Shown here: positions 25,232 to 35,709 of the stretch, piece after piece | Numbering within the stretch: the stretch's first letter is position 1 | Layout of the letters: the number at the start of each line of letters is the position of its first letter | IMG/VR virus record: IMGVR_UViG_3300033143_003628 | Span: 1-55,307 of that record | Source: a virus | Lineage: Duplodnaviria; Caudoviricetes | Length of the DNA stretch: 55,307 nucleotides | Reading direction: 5' to 3' (one strand) | The notes under the pieces: generated by a model | Database searches by the model: none | What the model saw: only the letters and a program-made list of their open reading frames with translations | Told to the model about the DNA's origin: nothing | Translations under genes and position numbers: made by a program

Positions 25232-25810
25232 TTAATTCTCGTCTGTATGTTCGTACCAATTCAAAGTTACTCGTGCAGAAATTAAATTGGTGACACTTAT
25301 GAGCCTAAATGAATAAGTAGTGTTCTGCTTCAAAACAAATTCCTCTCGTTCGCTGGCTTCCGACGAAACTTTATTGTTTCCTACACCTAAAACAATAGGG
25401 CCATCTATAACAGTTCCGCCGACTGGTGTGGTATCGTCATCTGACACAACCATACCTGAAGTATTTGTACTGTTACGATTTTTGTTTATTGGCGTAATTG
25501 GACTTCCGCCCGCCATCCCGCCGGAAGGTGCTTCTGTGACATTCCAAGTTCCTTCACCAGATGCCCAGACATCATAAGTAATATGCCCCCACTTAGCAGT
25601 ATTGGGCGTAATGATTTTAAAATGCAAAGCATTATTAGCACCTTCACTATCCAAATCCGCAGTGGTTATAGAAAGCTTGTAAGCATCACCCGCATGAATT
25701 TCGTGGTGCGGATACGATATTGTAGAAAGTACATTTGTGGCAGCGTCCGCCATAATCGAAACTAACCTGGTGGCACTTATGCGACCTTTTAATTCTGTCC
25801 ATTTACTCAT
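25232..25810 (-). CDS. putative virion protein
   Basis: Beta-rich, in the tail module; HHEIH.G and P.NKNRNS motifs. Confidence 0.6.
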   Translation of the reverse strand: MSKWTELKGRISATRLVSIMADAATNVLSTISYPHHEIHAGDAYKLSITTADLDSEGANNALHFKIITPNTAKWGHITYDVWASGEGTWNVTEAPSGGMAGGSPITPINKNRNSTNTSGMVVSDDDTTPVGGTVIDGPIVLGVGNNKVSSEASEREEFVLKQNTTYSFRLISVTNLISARVTLNWYEHTDEN

Positions 25811-27039
25811 CCTATTGACCCTCCATGTATTCCTAGACTCGTTGCATTTATATCGCTATCCCCAATCAAAAGGGATCTTCTGTTACTGCAAGCTACTGCA
25901 TTCAAATCATCAGTTGATTCAATGGCCGCATTTATTTCCCAAGGTGCGCCGACATGTTGCCAGGTCTCCGCATCGTCAAAAGAAATATAAATTAATTGCT
26001 TTGTAGCAGCGGGTGTAAGTGTGTAAGTTTCGCCGACCGCAATCCAAATGCCGTTGCCACAATAGTTCACACCTTTAAGAAAACCAATAGCATCTGAATC
26101 AGGTATCGTCCAGGTTACGCCGCCATCCCTGGAAATAATAATTCCTGATTTTGTAGCTACATCTCTTTCACCTACCAGCACAATCGTTCCAGTATCCCAA
26201 CTATAAGCGGCATCCAAAACAAAATCAAAATCCGCATGTATCGCAGGTTGTGTTGTTGTAGCTATCCATACATCACCATCGTCTAATGAATAGTAAGTTT
26301 TTATTGCGTTAGGAGCTGCGCGATCACTTGCTACTAAAAACCAGGAAGTTGATCCCATACGAAAAATTCGAATAATGTTCCATGCGCCCAAACCCGGTGG
26401 CGGTGTGGAAGGTGCAACCCAACCGGTAGTTATGCCACCCGCAGCTATCGAAACATTTCCATTTTCAGATCCGCACATTACAAAATCAGAGTCGGGATAT
26501 TTTGTGACAACAGATTCAATATATTCTGCGCCATGAAGTCCGAACGGTCCAGCGTCAGATCCCGCCCATCCACCAGCACCGCCATTACCGTAATGAATTG
26601 TTCCCTGGTTATTACCACATAAAAAATATTGTGAATCAATTCCTAGACAATGACCTATTGAATCTGTCACAACTGCTCCCGACACAGATGCACCCCAATC
26701 TCTGCCGGAAGGAGTTAGTGAATAATCGACATGCCCATCGACAGTAGCAACCGCTACCCATCTATAAAGTTCTGGATGATAGATAACATCTGTCCATTCA
26801 CCAGCACTCGATTGAAAATCATCTCCGCGAATAAAACATGCCACATTATTGACCACCGCATATTTCATCCATTCGCTTAAGCGATTGAACAGCCAATTTA
26901 TTTTTCTCGCTGGCGGTTTTGTATTTACTACACCGCCCGTATCTTTTTCACCGGAAGTAGGTTCAGATGTGGCACCGAGATCCGTTGCCCATCTTGGCAG
27001 CAAATCGTCAGGCAGATCCATTGTTATTCGCATTGGCAT
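25807..27039 (-). CDS. tail fibre/spike with Asp-box (BNR) beta-propeller
   Basis: N-terminal fibre anchor (KPPARKINWLFN); S.D.G..W repeats. Confidence 0.75.
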   Translation of the reverse strand: MPMRITMDLPDDLLPRWATDLGATSEPTSGEKDTGGVVNTKPPARKINWLFNRLSEWMKYAVVNNVACFIRGDDFQSSAGEWTDVIYHPELYRWVAVATVDGHVDYSLTPSGRDWGASVSGAVVTDSIGHCLGIDSQYFLCGNNQGTIHYGNGGAGGWAGSDAGPFGLHGAEYIESVVTKYPDSDFVMCGSENGNVSIAAGGITTGWVAPSTPPPGLGAWNIIRIFRMGSTSWFLVASDRAAPNAIKTYYSLDDGDVWIATTTQPAIHADFDFVLDAAYSWDTGTIVLVGERDVATKSGIIISRDGGVTWTIPDSDAIGFLKGVNYCGNGIWIAVGETYTLTPAATKQLIYISFDDAETWQHVGAPWEINAAIESTDDLNAVACSNRRSLLIGDSDINATSLGIHGGSIG

Positions 27040-27051
27040 TTTTGTACTCCT

Positions 27052-27654
27052 TTAAACTACATCCGACCAACTGCCACCAATAGTGCCAGCGTCATTCGCC
27101 CAACCTTTATCCACATCGGCTTCGGCCACATCGCCGGAAGCGTACTCAAATGTGGCATCGTCGTCTACTTCAGTATAATGGAACTGTGCTTTTATTCCGC
27201 CGCCTCGGATCGATTGTAACATGTTATTAAACTGTGTCGGCGTTGGGTCCAAAAGTGTCAAAGCATCTAACATTCGAATGATAAAAAACGCAGGTGAAAT
27301 TTCTTTCAACTCAAACGTTCGGCCTTCGGAAAACATATAAAAGGTTTCTAAAATGTCTTCCGGCAGAGCATTACCATTGTTAATTGCTATCCTGGTTTTT
27401 AACGCAAGCACATATTCAACATCCGTTCGGCCTTGTCGCGCTTCGTCCACAATTGTTCCCAAGCCATCCAGCTGCACACCGGCCGAAGTATCTACATCCG
27501 TTTCACTAAAGATCTCCCAAAAGGCATTTTCTAAATCCTGAACCTGTTCCATGTAAGAAGCGAGCATCCCGCCTATTCGCAATTTACTTTTAAAAAAAGT
27601 TATGAACAGGTCTGCCGCTTCTACGACATGATTTAATTTATGAGTTAAAGTCAT
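27052..27654 (-). CDS. baseplate wedge protein (DUF2612-like)
   Basis: A.G.QLD.LG.IV...R.G.TD.EY; follows baseplate J. Confidence 0.8.
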   Translation of the reverse strand: MTLTHKLNHVVEAADLFITFFKSKLRIGGMLASYMEQVQDLENAFWEIFSETDVDTSAGVQLDGLGTIVDEARQGRTDVEYVLALKTRIAINNGNALPEDILETFYMFSEGRTFELKEISPAFFIIRMLDALTLLDPTPTQFNNMLQSIRGGGIKAQFHYTEVDDDATFEYASGDVAEADVDKGWANDAGTIGGSWSDVV

Positions 27655-29111
27655 GGCAGTATATTCACAACTATGTCACCAGTATCCCAAGTTGAAAGAC
27701 TACGCGAACCGATGTCAATATTTACAGAAGCAACAGCAGGTGCAACTGTGTCAATAGTAAATATTGTCACATCTATTACCCCTGCAATAGTAAGCGGAAC
27801 CGCCTTATGTTTAAGCGCGATCACATCTTCACCTATCGCAAGCGTTTCACCTTCAAGAACACAAGCAGTTTTTATTTGGTCAGAACCGTCAACCGGGAAA
27901 GTATTTGGATCTGTTAGCACCGTCATCTCTTGATAAATCCGAACAGGTGTAGGACGAGAAAAACCGATGTCATGGCTGAACCCCATCGAATCGATCTTTG
28001 CCACAATTGTAGTTCCGTACATTTTTATTCCTGCACGGTGCGACCAAAGTGCGTCAGCAATATCAGCATCGTCACCATCGAGTACAACCGCCTCAATACT
28101 TTTCGCTGGCAGTCCTTCGGAGTCCGGCCCGTCTTCTACGTTCTCAAAAACAATTGCCTGGATAACATCTGTAACATTTAGCAAATCCGCACGAATTGCT
28201 TCTATCGATCCCGAACCTTCCAGCCTTACGGTCTGTGTTCGGCGCACTCTGAAATCTGGATCGGTTTCTATTTCTCGGCCTAACTCCGCGTCTTCGGAAT
28301 TAAATCCCTGGATAACATCTGTGACAAATCCTAATACCGCGTTAGCTGCGCCACCCGTCACTTCTATAGAACTACCCGTACCATCCAAGTCACTAATGAT
28401 CCGAGGATAGGTATTTGCATCTACTGAAGTAAGACCAGTTGTGTCAGCAGCTATCTGTGTTGCTACATCTGCGGCAGACCACGGATCACCAGCTGCAAAA
28501 GTTACCGTTTGTATCGCGCCGCCGTCCACCTTCAAAGTCAAGGTCATGCCATCTAAATTAAAAGGTTCAGCGTTGACACAAGTGAGCCCTACCTTTGCGG
28601 ACCAGCCGGAAATGGGAGTTTGAATAGTATCAAGTGTATCAGCGTTACCAACTATCTCGCCATACTGCAGACTTGCCGCCTCACCCGAAAAAGTTCCCGG
28701 TGCACCGGTCGCATTTGTGACATCTTCGGCAAGTATAAACCATGGCCCCTGCTCGCCCGCACTTACTGCGCTACCAGTTGTCACAGTTACACCATCGTCA
28801 ATATAAAGTTGATCTAATGTGACAGTAGATTTTTGTGAAACCAATCTCAGAGCTTTTGTTATAGATGCCACCCCGTCAAGTGCAGCGTCACTTGCAGAAT
28901 CCGGATACCTGGCATTGTACACCGCGAGCGCCACATCCCAAAGTTCACGAAACTTATCCGCAACAATTCCGTTCAGCTGTCCAAAAACCGTCGATGCTAA
29001 AAGTGCAAGCGTGCTGCCCATCTTGTCACGTTGGGACACTTTCAATTCGTCTTCAATTATCGAAAGAGTTTTTCTGACAAACCCCGTAGTCGTTACGCCA
29101 TAGTTAGTCAT
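27651..29111 (-). CDS. baseplate J-like protein
   Basis: YGVT.TGFV.K, LG...ETD..FR.R, FSRP; carries an inserted domain. Confidence 0.88.
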   Translation of the reverse strand: MTNYGVTTTGFVRKTLSIIEDELKVSQRDKMGSTLALLASTVFGQLNGIVADKFRELWDVALAVYNARYPDSASDAALDGVASITKALRLVSQKSTVTLDQLYIDDGVTVTTGSAVSAGEQGPWFILAEDVTNATGAPGTFSGEAASLQYGEIVGNADTLDTIQTPISGWSAKVGLTCVNAEPFNLDGMTLTLKVDGGAIQTVTFAAGDPWSAADVATQIAADTTGLTSVDANTYPRIISDLDGTGSSIEVTGGAANAVLGFVTDVIQGFNSEDAELGREIETDPDFRVRRTQTVRLEGSGSIEAIRADLLNVTDVIQAIVFENVEDGPDSEGLPAKSIEAVVLDGDDADIADALWSHRAGIKMYGTTIVAKIDSMGFSHDIGFSRPTPVRIYQEMTVLTDPNTFPVDGSDQIKTACVLEGETLAIGEDVIALKHKAVPLTIAGVIDVTIFTIDTVAPAVASVNIDIGSRSLSTWDTGDIVVNILP

Positions 29112-29560
29112 ACAATTAACTCCTTATCATACTTAATAATTCCGAAAGCGGTGTGTGCCCAAAACTCAACAGTTAAAACCCGCGTGCTGCCAGTGTAATC
29201 TAAAAGCATATTTGACACATCTGTAATCCCTGGTGTAAGTAGAATAACCTTTCGAAAGAACGATTGTATCAAACCAATGCGCGGCTTCTGTCCTAGTACT
29301 TCAGTGAAATACGGAACACCTATTCGAGTATCTAAAAACCATTCGCCTAAAAAGAACTCAAGTCGAATGTTCAAATCCTGAGCAATCGCTTCTTTACCAG
29401 CTATCAAAACCAGGTCGCCATTTTCTATAAGCAGATCTCCATCGGTATCGAGAGCCAGGTCAATAGGATTTTCAACAAGATCCGGCGTAGCAGTACCGGC
29501 GGTCGGATACCCAAAAGGATAATAACCGAACGGTACGCCATGGCCGAATCCTACTGGCAC
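29108..29560 (-). CDS. baseplate wedge / sheath initiator (gp25-like)
   Basis: DL.LD..GDL...AIAQ....RL..F.GEWFLD...GVPY. Confidence 0.8.
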   Translation of the reverse strand: MPVGFGHGVPFGYYPFGYPTAGTATPDLVENPIDLALDTDGDLLIENGDLVLIAGKEAIAQDLNIRLEFFLGEWFLDTRIGVPYFTEVLGQKPRIGLIQSFFRKVILLTPGITDVSNMLLDYTGSTRVLTVEFWAHTAFGIIKYDKELIV

Positions 29561-30121
29561 TTACTTATCCTTCGCTTTCTTTTCCGTTTTGGCTTTAGTA
29601 ATTGATTCGACGTTATCTGCTTCGACCGGATCTTCAATCCACAAAACATCAAGCGCAACCATCTCACTCGCCAGAACTCCTTCCGGCACATCTGAAACCC
29701 TTATACCGTGAACTTCTATTTCAGTTGTCTGCTTCAAAAGTTCTTGAGTTTTAAAACCTCTCTCTTCGTGCTCGTCAATCTTATCCTTGTACTCTGCACG
29801 TAACTTTTGTATTTCCGCCCGAAACACTTCTTTGTGTTCCGGCTTAATAACGAACTCTTGTGTCTTCTCATTCACCATAGGTCCGCCGGAATCAGTGTAC
29901 TCGCAATATTTCTTTGCAATCTTTTGACCCTTGCGCAAGTGCTCAAGGAATTTCGGGTCGGGTGCCATCTGCTCGTTTAGTGCATCGACATACGGCTTGA
30001 GCTTAACGGCGTTCTTTGCAATGTTCCATTTGAATTTCATCGAGCCGATGTCACGAGTGCTCACCGTACTTAACGCCTGATTAATAGTTCCAAGTTCTTT
30101 GTTAGTCACTGTCGCTTTCAT
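29561..30121 (-). CDS. hypothetical helical protein, possible fibre chaperone
   Basis: Position in the tail module; IAKN...L motif. Confidence 0.55.
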   Translation of the reverse strand: MKATVTNKELGTINQALSTVSTRDIGSMKFKWNIAKNAVKLKPYVDALNEQMAPDPKFLEHLRKGQKIAKKYCEYTDSGGPMVNEKTQEFVIKPEHKEVFRAEIQKLRAEYKDKIDEHEERGFKTQELLKQTTEIEVHGIRVSDVPEGVLASEMVALDVLWIEDPVEADNVESITKAKTEKKAKDK

Positions 30122-30195
30122 AATTAGGTCCTTTCGTTATTAATCGCTTAACTTCCGAAATTTATTTTTCGGCTTTTGATAGCGATTATTTTTTT

Positions 30196-30528
30196 TCATT
30201 CTATCATAGAAATTTCTTCTAGCAAACTAGGATCTCTTAGCTTCCCAGGTGCACCAAAATAATGGCGCAGAACATTTGTGTCTTTCTTAAATTCTATCGG
30301 TGCGGTTGAAAAAGTTAAATGCTTTTTTATTTTCGAATCAAGTTCGTTGTCACTTAAGTTCTTTTCGTGTTGTTCTTTTGATATGAGCACTTCCCAATGT
30401 TTTTTATCTGCTTTGAAGTTATCCCATACTAAAACCGGGTCGCAAGCGTATTGCGGCCATGTGATCCCGCCTTCGGCGTCCACCGTGGGGACGGGCTCGA
30501 CGGCTAGAAATATGTGAACATTTCTCAT
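30196..30528 (-). CDS. hypothetical protein
   Basis: Coupled to the upstream gene. Confidence 0.6.
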   Translation of the reverse strand: MRNVHIFLAVEPVPTVDAEGGITWPQYACDPVLVWDNFKADKKHWEVLISKEQHEKNLSDNELDSKIKKHLTFSTAPIEFKKDTNVLRHYFGAPGKLRDPSLLEEISMIE

Positions 30529-32534
30529 GATAATTTAAAACCTACGTTAGTTGGATAAACGATTGTTCTAATATCAGAAAGAATCCCGGCGAATTGTGTT
30601 ATACCATCATACCGCGCGCCTACTTCTATTCTGTCAACGTCGTCGGGCATGTCCGCGGTTGCGTCAACGGTTCCATCCGTTGTGCCTTCTATACATGTTA
30701 AATTATCCGTTTCCCATAATATAGAGCATCGTTTTATATTACCGTCGACAACATCAGAGACCACGTTTGCAGTTCCATTATTCCCGGCCGTTGCCATGCT
30801 TGTTATTGTAAAACGATCATTACTGGTAATACTAGATTCCACTCTATCATTTGCCGAGCCGCCGTCGTTTATTGATATACCTCTTTTTGTTGTCTGATTA
30901 TCGAAGTCAGGAAATAAAAAATCCGCAACAATCGTTCCTTGTCCAATATCTTCGCCGCCTATATTTGCGCCTGCAATAAATCTTAGTTGATCTTTTAATC
31001 GCGTCGTCGTTGCCCCCGCGGCCGTTGGAACGTAACTAGTTGCAAAATCATGTAGCTCTATTTGCGCTCCATACATGTACATATCGACACCGCCGCCGCC
31101 GGAGTATGTGTCGTCGTTGTCGGCCGTACAACTCAAAATTTGACACGTGTGAGCCGCAACCGTTCCGTCAAAGGTTATCCAAAAACGATATAAACTATTG
31201 ACCCAGGGATGAGGAAAAACGTGCGCCGTGCAGCCACCTCCCACCGTCCCTATTCCGCCCGTGTCCGCATTAAAATACGCATAACAGTTTGCGACCGTGA
31301 CGTTTTCGAGCTTGATCCAATCGTTATTTCCAGGTTTATTCCAACAGGAAAACGAATATGGATCGGCGGTTAATGTCACATCATCAGAAACGCCGTGTTG
31401 ATTATCGCTCGCATCGCCCTCGAAACTGGAGACTGAATTTGCGATCCCGTCCGGCCCGCTGGCCTGATCGTCTAAAACCGTGTCTCCGACATCTAAAAGA
31501 TCCCAGTTTGTAAAGTCTTTTGAATATCCGAATAAGTTTGTGATTTGTGGTTCGATTAAAGCGCCCTGTATTTCTCTATTTGAATATCCGTTGACCTGGC
31601 GGATCCACTCTTCGCCGACGTAATATTCTTTAAATAATCCGGTTGATTTGTCGTATTTTGTCAGATATGCCGGATCGTCGCGCGTGATAACCGTCGGCGT
31701 TGCGGTCCCGGCGGCAAGTTGCGGATAAGACCCTTGAAATAATGCGAATTGTTCCGTGGCGATTAGTGCCCACTCGACAGGACCGGCCGCGCCTTCCTGA
31801 AACCAAGCGTCGTGTATATATAGCGAAAGAAAAGCGATGTTATTTTTATAAGGAGATCCACCCGTCACACTGGCACCTATAGACAAATTGGTAGCGTTTG
31901 TCATAGTTGCAATTCCACTTAAGTCATCGCCCGCTCCACTGACAATGCCGCTGATATACCATTTTGCCCCGTTGGCCGATCCTTCCGAGCGATTAATAAA
32001 ACACATGCCCCAGTACCATGTTTCATTTAAAAGAGTACCGGTATCGACCGTGGCCGTTGCTGTTGTTCCATCTTCAATAATAAACCGTAACGTATTAGTT
32101 GTATGATGGAATTGTACCTGATAACCCTCATTTGCTCCATTCCGTTTTGAAACAAAATTTTCAACAGTCCCTCCGGCTGGTGGCGTTTTTACAATAACTA
32201 TAGCCGCAATGTCTTCAGTTGTTATATCTGCGAAAACTGCACCCGCTGCGGTGTAATACGTCGTACCATCGAATAGACAAGAATCATCCGCCCAACCCTG
32301 ACCCGGCGATCCGTTGTTGTAGGTTGGATTGCCTGCGATTTTCGAAAGCACCTCACCGTCTAACCATGGATCTAAATTCGTGGCGTCCGCGTCCCCTAGT
32401 TTATAACGAAAAACCGGTTCTTTAGTAACTCCGTTTACCGTTAAATTTCTAGGTAATTTATGCACCCCGTTTCGCGAAGCATACGCCCGAAAAGGATACA
32501 TGGGTGTTTCGATGCCTTGGATTAATCCGTACAT
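30525..32534 (-). CDS. LamG/concanavalin-like lectin-domain virion protein
   Basis: LamG-like N-half; LIEP..TNL, GAQ.E...ATSYVPT...TR. Confidence 0.75.
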   Translation of the reverse strand: MYGLIQGIETPMYPFRAYASRNGVHKLPRNLTVNGVTKEPVFRYKLGDADATNLDPWLDGEVLSKIAGNPTYNNGSPGQGWADDSCLFDGTTYYTAAGAVFADITTEDIAAIVIVKTPPAGGTVENFVSKRNGANEGYQVQFHHTTNTLRFIIEDGTTATATVDTGTLLNETWYWGMCFINRSEGSANGAKWYISGIVSGAGDDLSGIATMTNATNLSIGASVTGGSPYKNNIAFLSLYIHDAWFQEGAAGPVEWALIATEQFALFQGSYPQLAAGTATPTVITRDDPAYLTKYDKSTGLFKEYYVGEEWIRQVNGYSNREIQGALIEPQITNLFGYSKDFTNWDLLDVGDTVLDDQASGPDGIANSVSSFEGDASDNQHGVSDDVTLTADPYSFSCWNKPGNNDWIKLENVTVANCYAYFNADTGGIGTVGGGCTAHVFPHPWVNSLYRFWITFDGTVAAHTCQILSCTADNDDTYSGGGGVDMYMYGAQIELHDFATSYVPTAAGATTTRLKDQLRFIAGANIGGEDIGQGTIVADFLFPDFDNQTTKRGISINDGGSANDRVESSITSNDRFTITSMATAGNNGTANVVSDVVDGNIKRCSILWETDNLTCIEGTTDGTVDATADMPDDVDRIEVGARYDGITQFAGILSDIRTIVYPTNVGFKLS

Positions 32535-32538
32535 TCTA

Positions 32539-35500
32539 TCAAGTTCCTAGTGTGTAATAACCAAGCCAAATTCCAGATACACCGATGTCGTGACCGTAAT
32601 CATTTGCCACACCTGTGTCCCTTACTAAATTAAACATTACAGTTTCCCACGCAGCTAAATTCGTTATAGGTACTGCTCCGCTCGCCGCAGTCAAACAATT
32701 ATCATATTGAGCATCGACACCCGCACCTACCATATCCGCAATAGTAGAAGTTGCAGGTGTGCCAGGAAAAGCGCTTACACTTAACGAATCACCTTGACCT
32801 ATCGAATAGCCATCGAGTTCAAATGCAATCGCTTCAGTTCCGGCAGGTGCGTCACTTGAGATCCAACACTGGACACGAAAGATCACATTTTCGGTAGCAT
32901 CTATATCTGGATCAACCGGCCATGGAATAGTAACTTGCTCGTCGCTGGCAGTATCAAAATTTCTAATTCTCACCTGACCTGGCAAGTCCGCAAGTAGCGT
33001 AACATACTCAGGTTCACTTGCGCCATTTTCCGGCCATTGGATTGGAACGAAAACCCACTTAAGCTGGCGAACTTTTGTGACACCCGTTGGATTCAAATTG
33101 ATGTCACCGGACGCACCAAAGGTTATGTCGCCACCATCTGCAGTAATACCAATTGTGGCGCCGCCTAATGTTAACGCATCGTCCGCATCGATTTCGATGT
33201 CGTCTTCGGCGTCGAGAAGTATATCCGCACCGCTTTCACCTGGGTCAGTTGCGATTAAACTAATGTTACCCGCACTCGCCGAAAGCGTTATGCCACCAAC
33301 ACCAGCAGCTAACTCATAACTATAAAGTTCAGATGTGACATACATCCACTCGTTAGTTGTATCGACGAGAGCGGTCCAATGGTGTCCGCCGTGGTTTCCG
33401 CCGCCGTCTATTATAAATCCGTCAAGGTCGTCAGTTGTGACAAGATTCAAATCGACCGTGATGTTTGTCGCTGTAAATCCTATAGATACCGCATCCGTCG
33501 CATCACCAGAAATAATAGTTATCGTCGGGTCGCCCGCGCCGGTCTCGGCATTGATTGTTACATCTGCATCCCCGGTCGAATTATTGTCTGCCTCCAATAT
33601 CAGATTTACCGCACCTGCACCGCTCCCGACATGCTGAACGGCCATGTCGAGACCACCCTCAGTACTATTCGTTTGATAATAGCTTGTCTCTATATCGTTT
33701 GCACCGAATAAAAATGCGTTAGCTACCGATTGGAATTCCAAACCCAAAAAGTCATCAAGAGTTTTATCGATGATAAGAGCCGGGACGGCGTTTGTGACGT
33801 CCGCCTGTTGTATCGTCAAAGCCGCGTCATTACTTGCTGCAGGTGCGTCAATTATCATCGACCCATTAGAAACATTCACCTGAACTATTCCACCGTCCGC
33901 CTCAATTGTTACGGTTGCACCTGCGAGATCTACCGCACCATCGGAATCGATACCGACCGCACCTGTAGAATTAATATCAAAAGTTCCAGATGTGACATAA
34001 GCCGCATTTTGCAGAGCGGTTTCCAAATCCATTGCGTTATTTGCTTTTCGAATAAGTCGCCAGTATTCAGTACCAACGCCATCGAAAACCTGGAAGCCAT
34101 CTACTGTGCCTACGTTATCACCTAGATTAACATTTAACGAAATTTCACCTGTCGGCGCGAAAGTTAAATCACCCTGACCTTGTGCGTTATCGATTGTGAC
34201 AAGTGCCGGAACCGCACCGAAATTATCGTAGCCATCATCGAGGTCGCCCGCGCCACCGCCGCCCGCCGCCTGGTTCAAAGCATTTATTAGTGACACCTGA
34301 CCATAGTTAGCAACGAACGTTGTCCATTCTGCCGTCGCATTCGTTAAAGCCAAGACCGCTGCTTTTGTTGAAGCTCCGCGATACCCGTCGTCAAAAGTTA
34401 CAACTGTGCCATCGGCGGCAATTGCAACCGTTGCACCGCCTAAAATCAAACCGGCATCGGAATCAATTGTGGCGACACTTGTAGAATCAATATCAAAAGT
34501 CCCACTTGCATTAAAATCAATATTTCTTAATGCAGTTTCAATGTCTGCAAGATTCGCACTCTTTCGAATTACATTGAAATAATCAGCACCGCACACAACT
34601 GAAAATCCATCGGAAGTGTTTGTGACATTAACTATATTAACAACAAACGAATAATCACCGGCTCCCGGTGTAGCAGTTATGTCGCCGCCATCGGAATTCA
34701 ACGCCACAGTTGCGCCCGAAATAGTTGTACCAATAGCAGAATCGATTACAACATCACCAGTGGCAGCGACATCAAAAGTTCCAGATGTGGCATAAGCCGC
34801 ATTTTGTAGAGCGGTCTCTAAATCGATTTTATTAGCAGCCTTGCGAATGAGTCGCCAGTATTCAGTACCGACACCATCAAAAACCTGGAAGCCATCGGCA
34901 GCATTTGTGACATTACCTAAATCAATGTTAAAAGAAAAATCGCCAGTAAGATCCCATGTGACATCGCCCTGACCCTGCGCGTTATCAACAACAATTGTGG
35001 CAGGGACCGCACCGAAATTATTATACCCATCATCTAAATCGACACCACCGCCGCCGCCACCGACCGCTTGGTTCAAAGCGTTTATTAGTGACACCTGACC
35101 ATAGTTAACTACATAGGTGTCATATTCAGCAGAATTGTTTGCTAAGTCTAACGCCGCCGCAAGTGTCGAAGCACCACGATACCCATCGTCAAAAGAAACA
35201 GTTGTGCCATCGGCAGCAATCGCAACCGTGCTGCCACCAAGAGTCAGAGCGGCAGCGGTATCAATTGTGACAGTGCCAGCGGCAGTTATGCCGAACGCTG
35301 CGCTGGTCGTATAAAAAACATTTCGGAGTTGTGCTTCTAAATCTATTTCATTGTTTGCCTTACGGGTCAAACGCCAATATTCGGCGGCACCATCGTACAC
35401 CTGAAACCCGTCAGCAGTACCAGTTGTGTCACCCAAATCTATGCAATAAGAAAAAGCATTTGTTGGCTTCCACCTTAAATCGCCCTGTCCTTGCGCGTTA

Positions 35501-35697
35501 TCAATTGTGACAATCGCAGCCGCAGCACCATAAGCATTGTAGGTGGCATCTGTGTTCCCCGTCGCGGCACCAATTGCATCGAAAGCGGTCTGCACGTCCT
35601 GGTCAATCGCTTCGGCATAAGTCCAAAAATTGTCCCAGTACGGATCTGTGTACGGCGACGGAACCGGGTAACTTCTATTGGTTGTTAACACTGACAT
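32539..35697 (-). CDS. large repetitive tail fibre/adhesin
   Basis: Gly/Asp/Thr-rich with internal modular repeats; lies within the baseplate cluster. Confidence 0.75.
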   Translation of the reverse strand: MSVLTTNRSYPVPSPYTDPYWDNFWTYAEAIDQDVQTAFDAIGAATGNTDATYNAYGAAAAIVTIDNAQGQGDLRWKPTNAFSYCIDLGDTTGTADGFQVYDGAAEYWRLTRKANNEIDLEAQLRNVFYTTSAAFGITAAGTVTIDTAAALTLGGSTVAIAADGTTVSFDDGYRGASTLAAALDLANNSAEYDTYVVNYGQVSLINALNQAVGGGGGGVDLDDGYNNFGAVPATIVVDNAQGQGDVTWDLTGDFSFNIDLGNVTNAADGFQVFDGVGTEYWRLIRKAANKIDLETALQNAAYATSGTFDVAATGDVVIDSAIGTTISGATVALNSDGGDITATPGAGDYSFVVNIVNVTNTSDGFSVVCGADYFNVIRKSANLADIETALRNIDFNASGTFDIDSTSVATIDSDAGLILGGATVAIAADGTVVTFDDGYRGASTKAAVLALTNATAEWTTFVANYGQVSLINALNQAAGGGGAGDLDDGYDNFGAVPALVTIDNAQGQGDLTFAPTGEISLNVNLGDNVGTVDGFQVFDGVGTEYWRLIRKANNAMDLETALQNAAYVTSGTFDINSTGAVGIDSDGAVDLAGATVTIEADGGIVQVNVSNGSMIIDAPAASNDAALTIQQADVTNAVPALIIDKTLDDFLGLEFQSVANAFLFGANDIETSYYQTNSTEGGLDMAVQHVGSGAGAVNLILEADNNSTGDADVTINAETGAGDPTITIISGDATDAVSIGFTATNITVDLNLVTTDDLDGFIIDGGGNHGGHHWTALVDTTNEWMYVTSELYSYELAAGVGGITLSASAGNISLIATDPGESGADILLDAEDDIEIDADDALTLGGATIGITADGGDITFGASGDINLNPTGVTKVRQLKWVFVPIQWPENGASEPEYVTLLADLPGQVRIRNFDTASDEQVTIPWPVDPDIDATENVIFRVQCWISSDAPAGTEAIAFELDGYSIGQGDSLSVSAFPGTPATSTIADMVGAGVDAQYDNCLTAASGAVPITNLAAWETVMFNLVRDTGVANDYGHDIGVSGIWLGYYTLGT

Positions 35698-35709
35698 TTA
35701 ATTTCCCTT

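Noticed and set aside
30141-30188. Intergenic hairpin TAATCGCT...AGCGATTA as an ncRNA
   Set aside because: It is short and interrupted, and is adequately explained as a terminator or mRNA stability element.
32539-35697. Diversity-generating retroelement TR/VR pair
   Set aside because: No reverse transcriptase is in the window. The repeats are in-frame, and their differences are not restricted to adenines.
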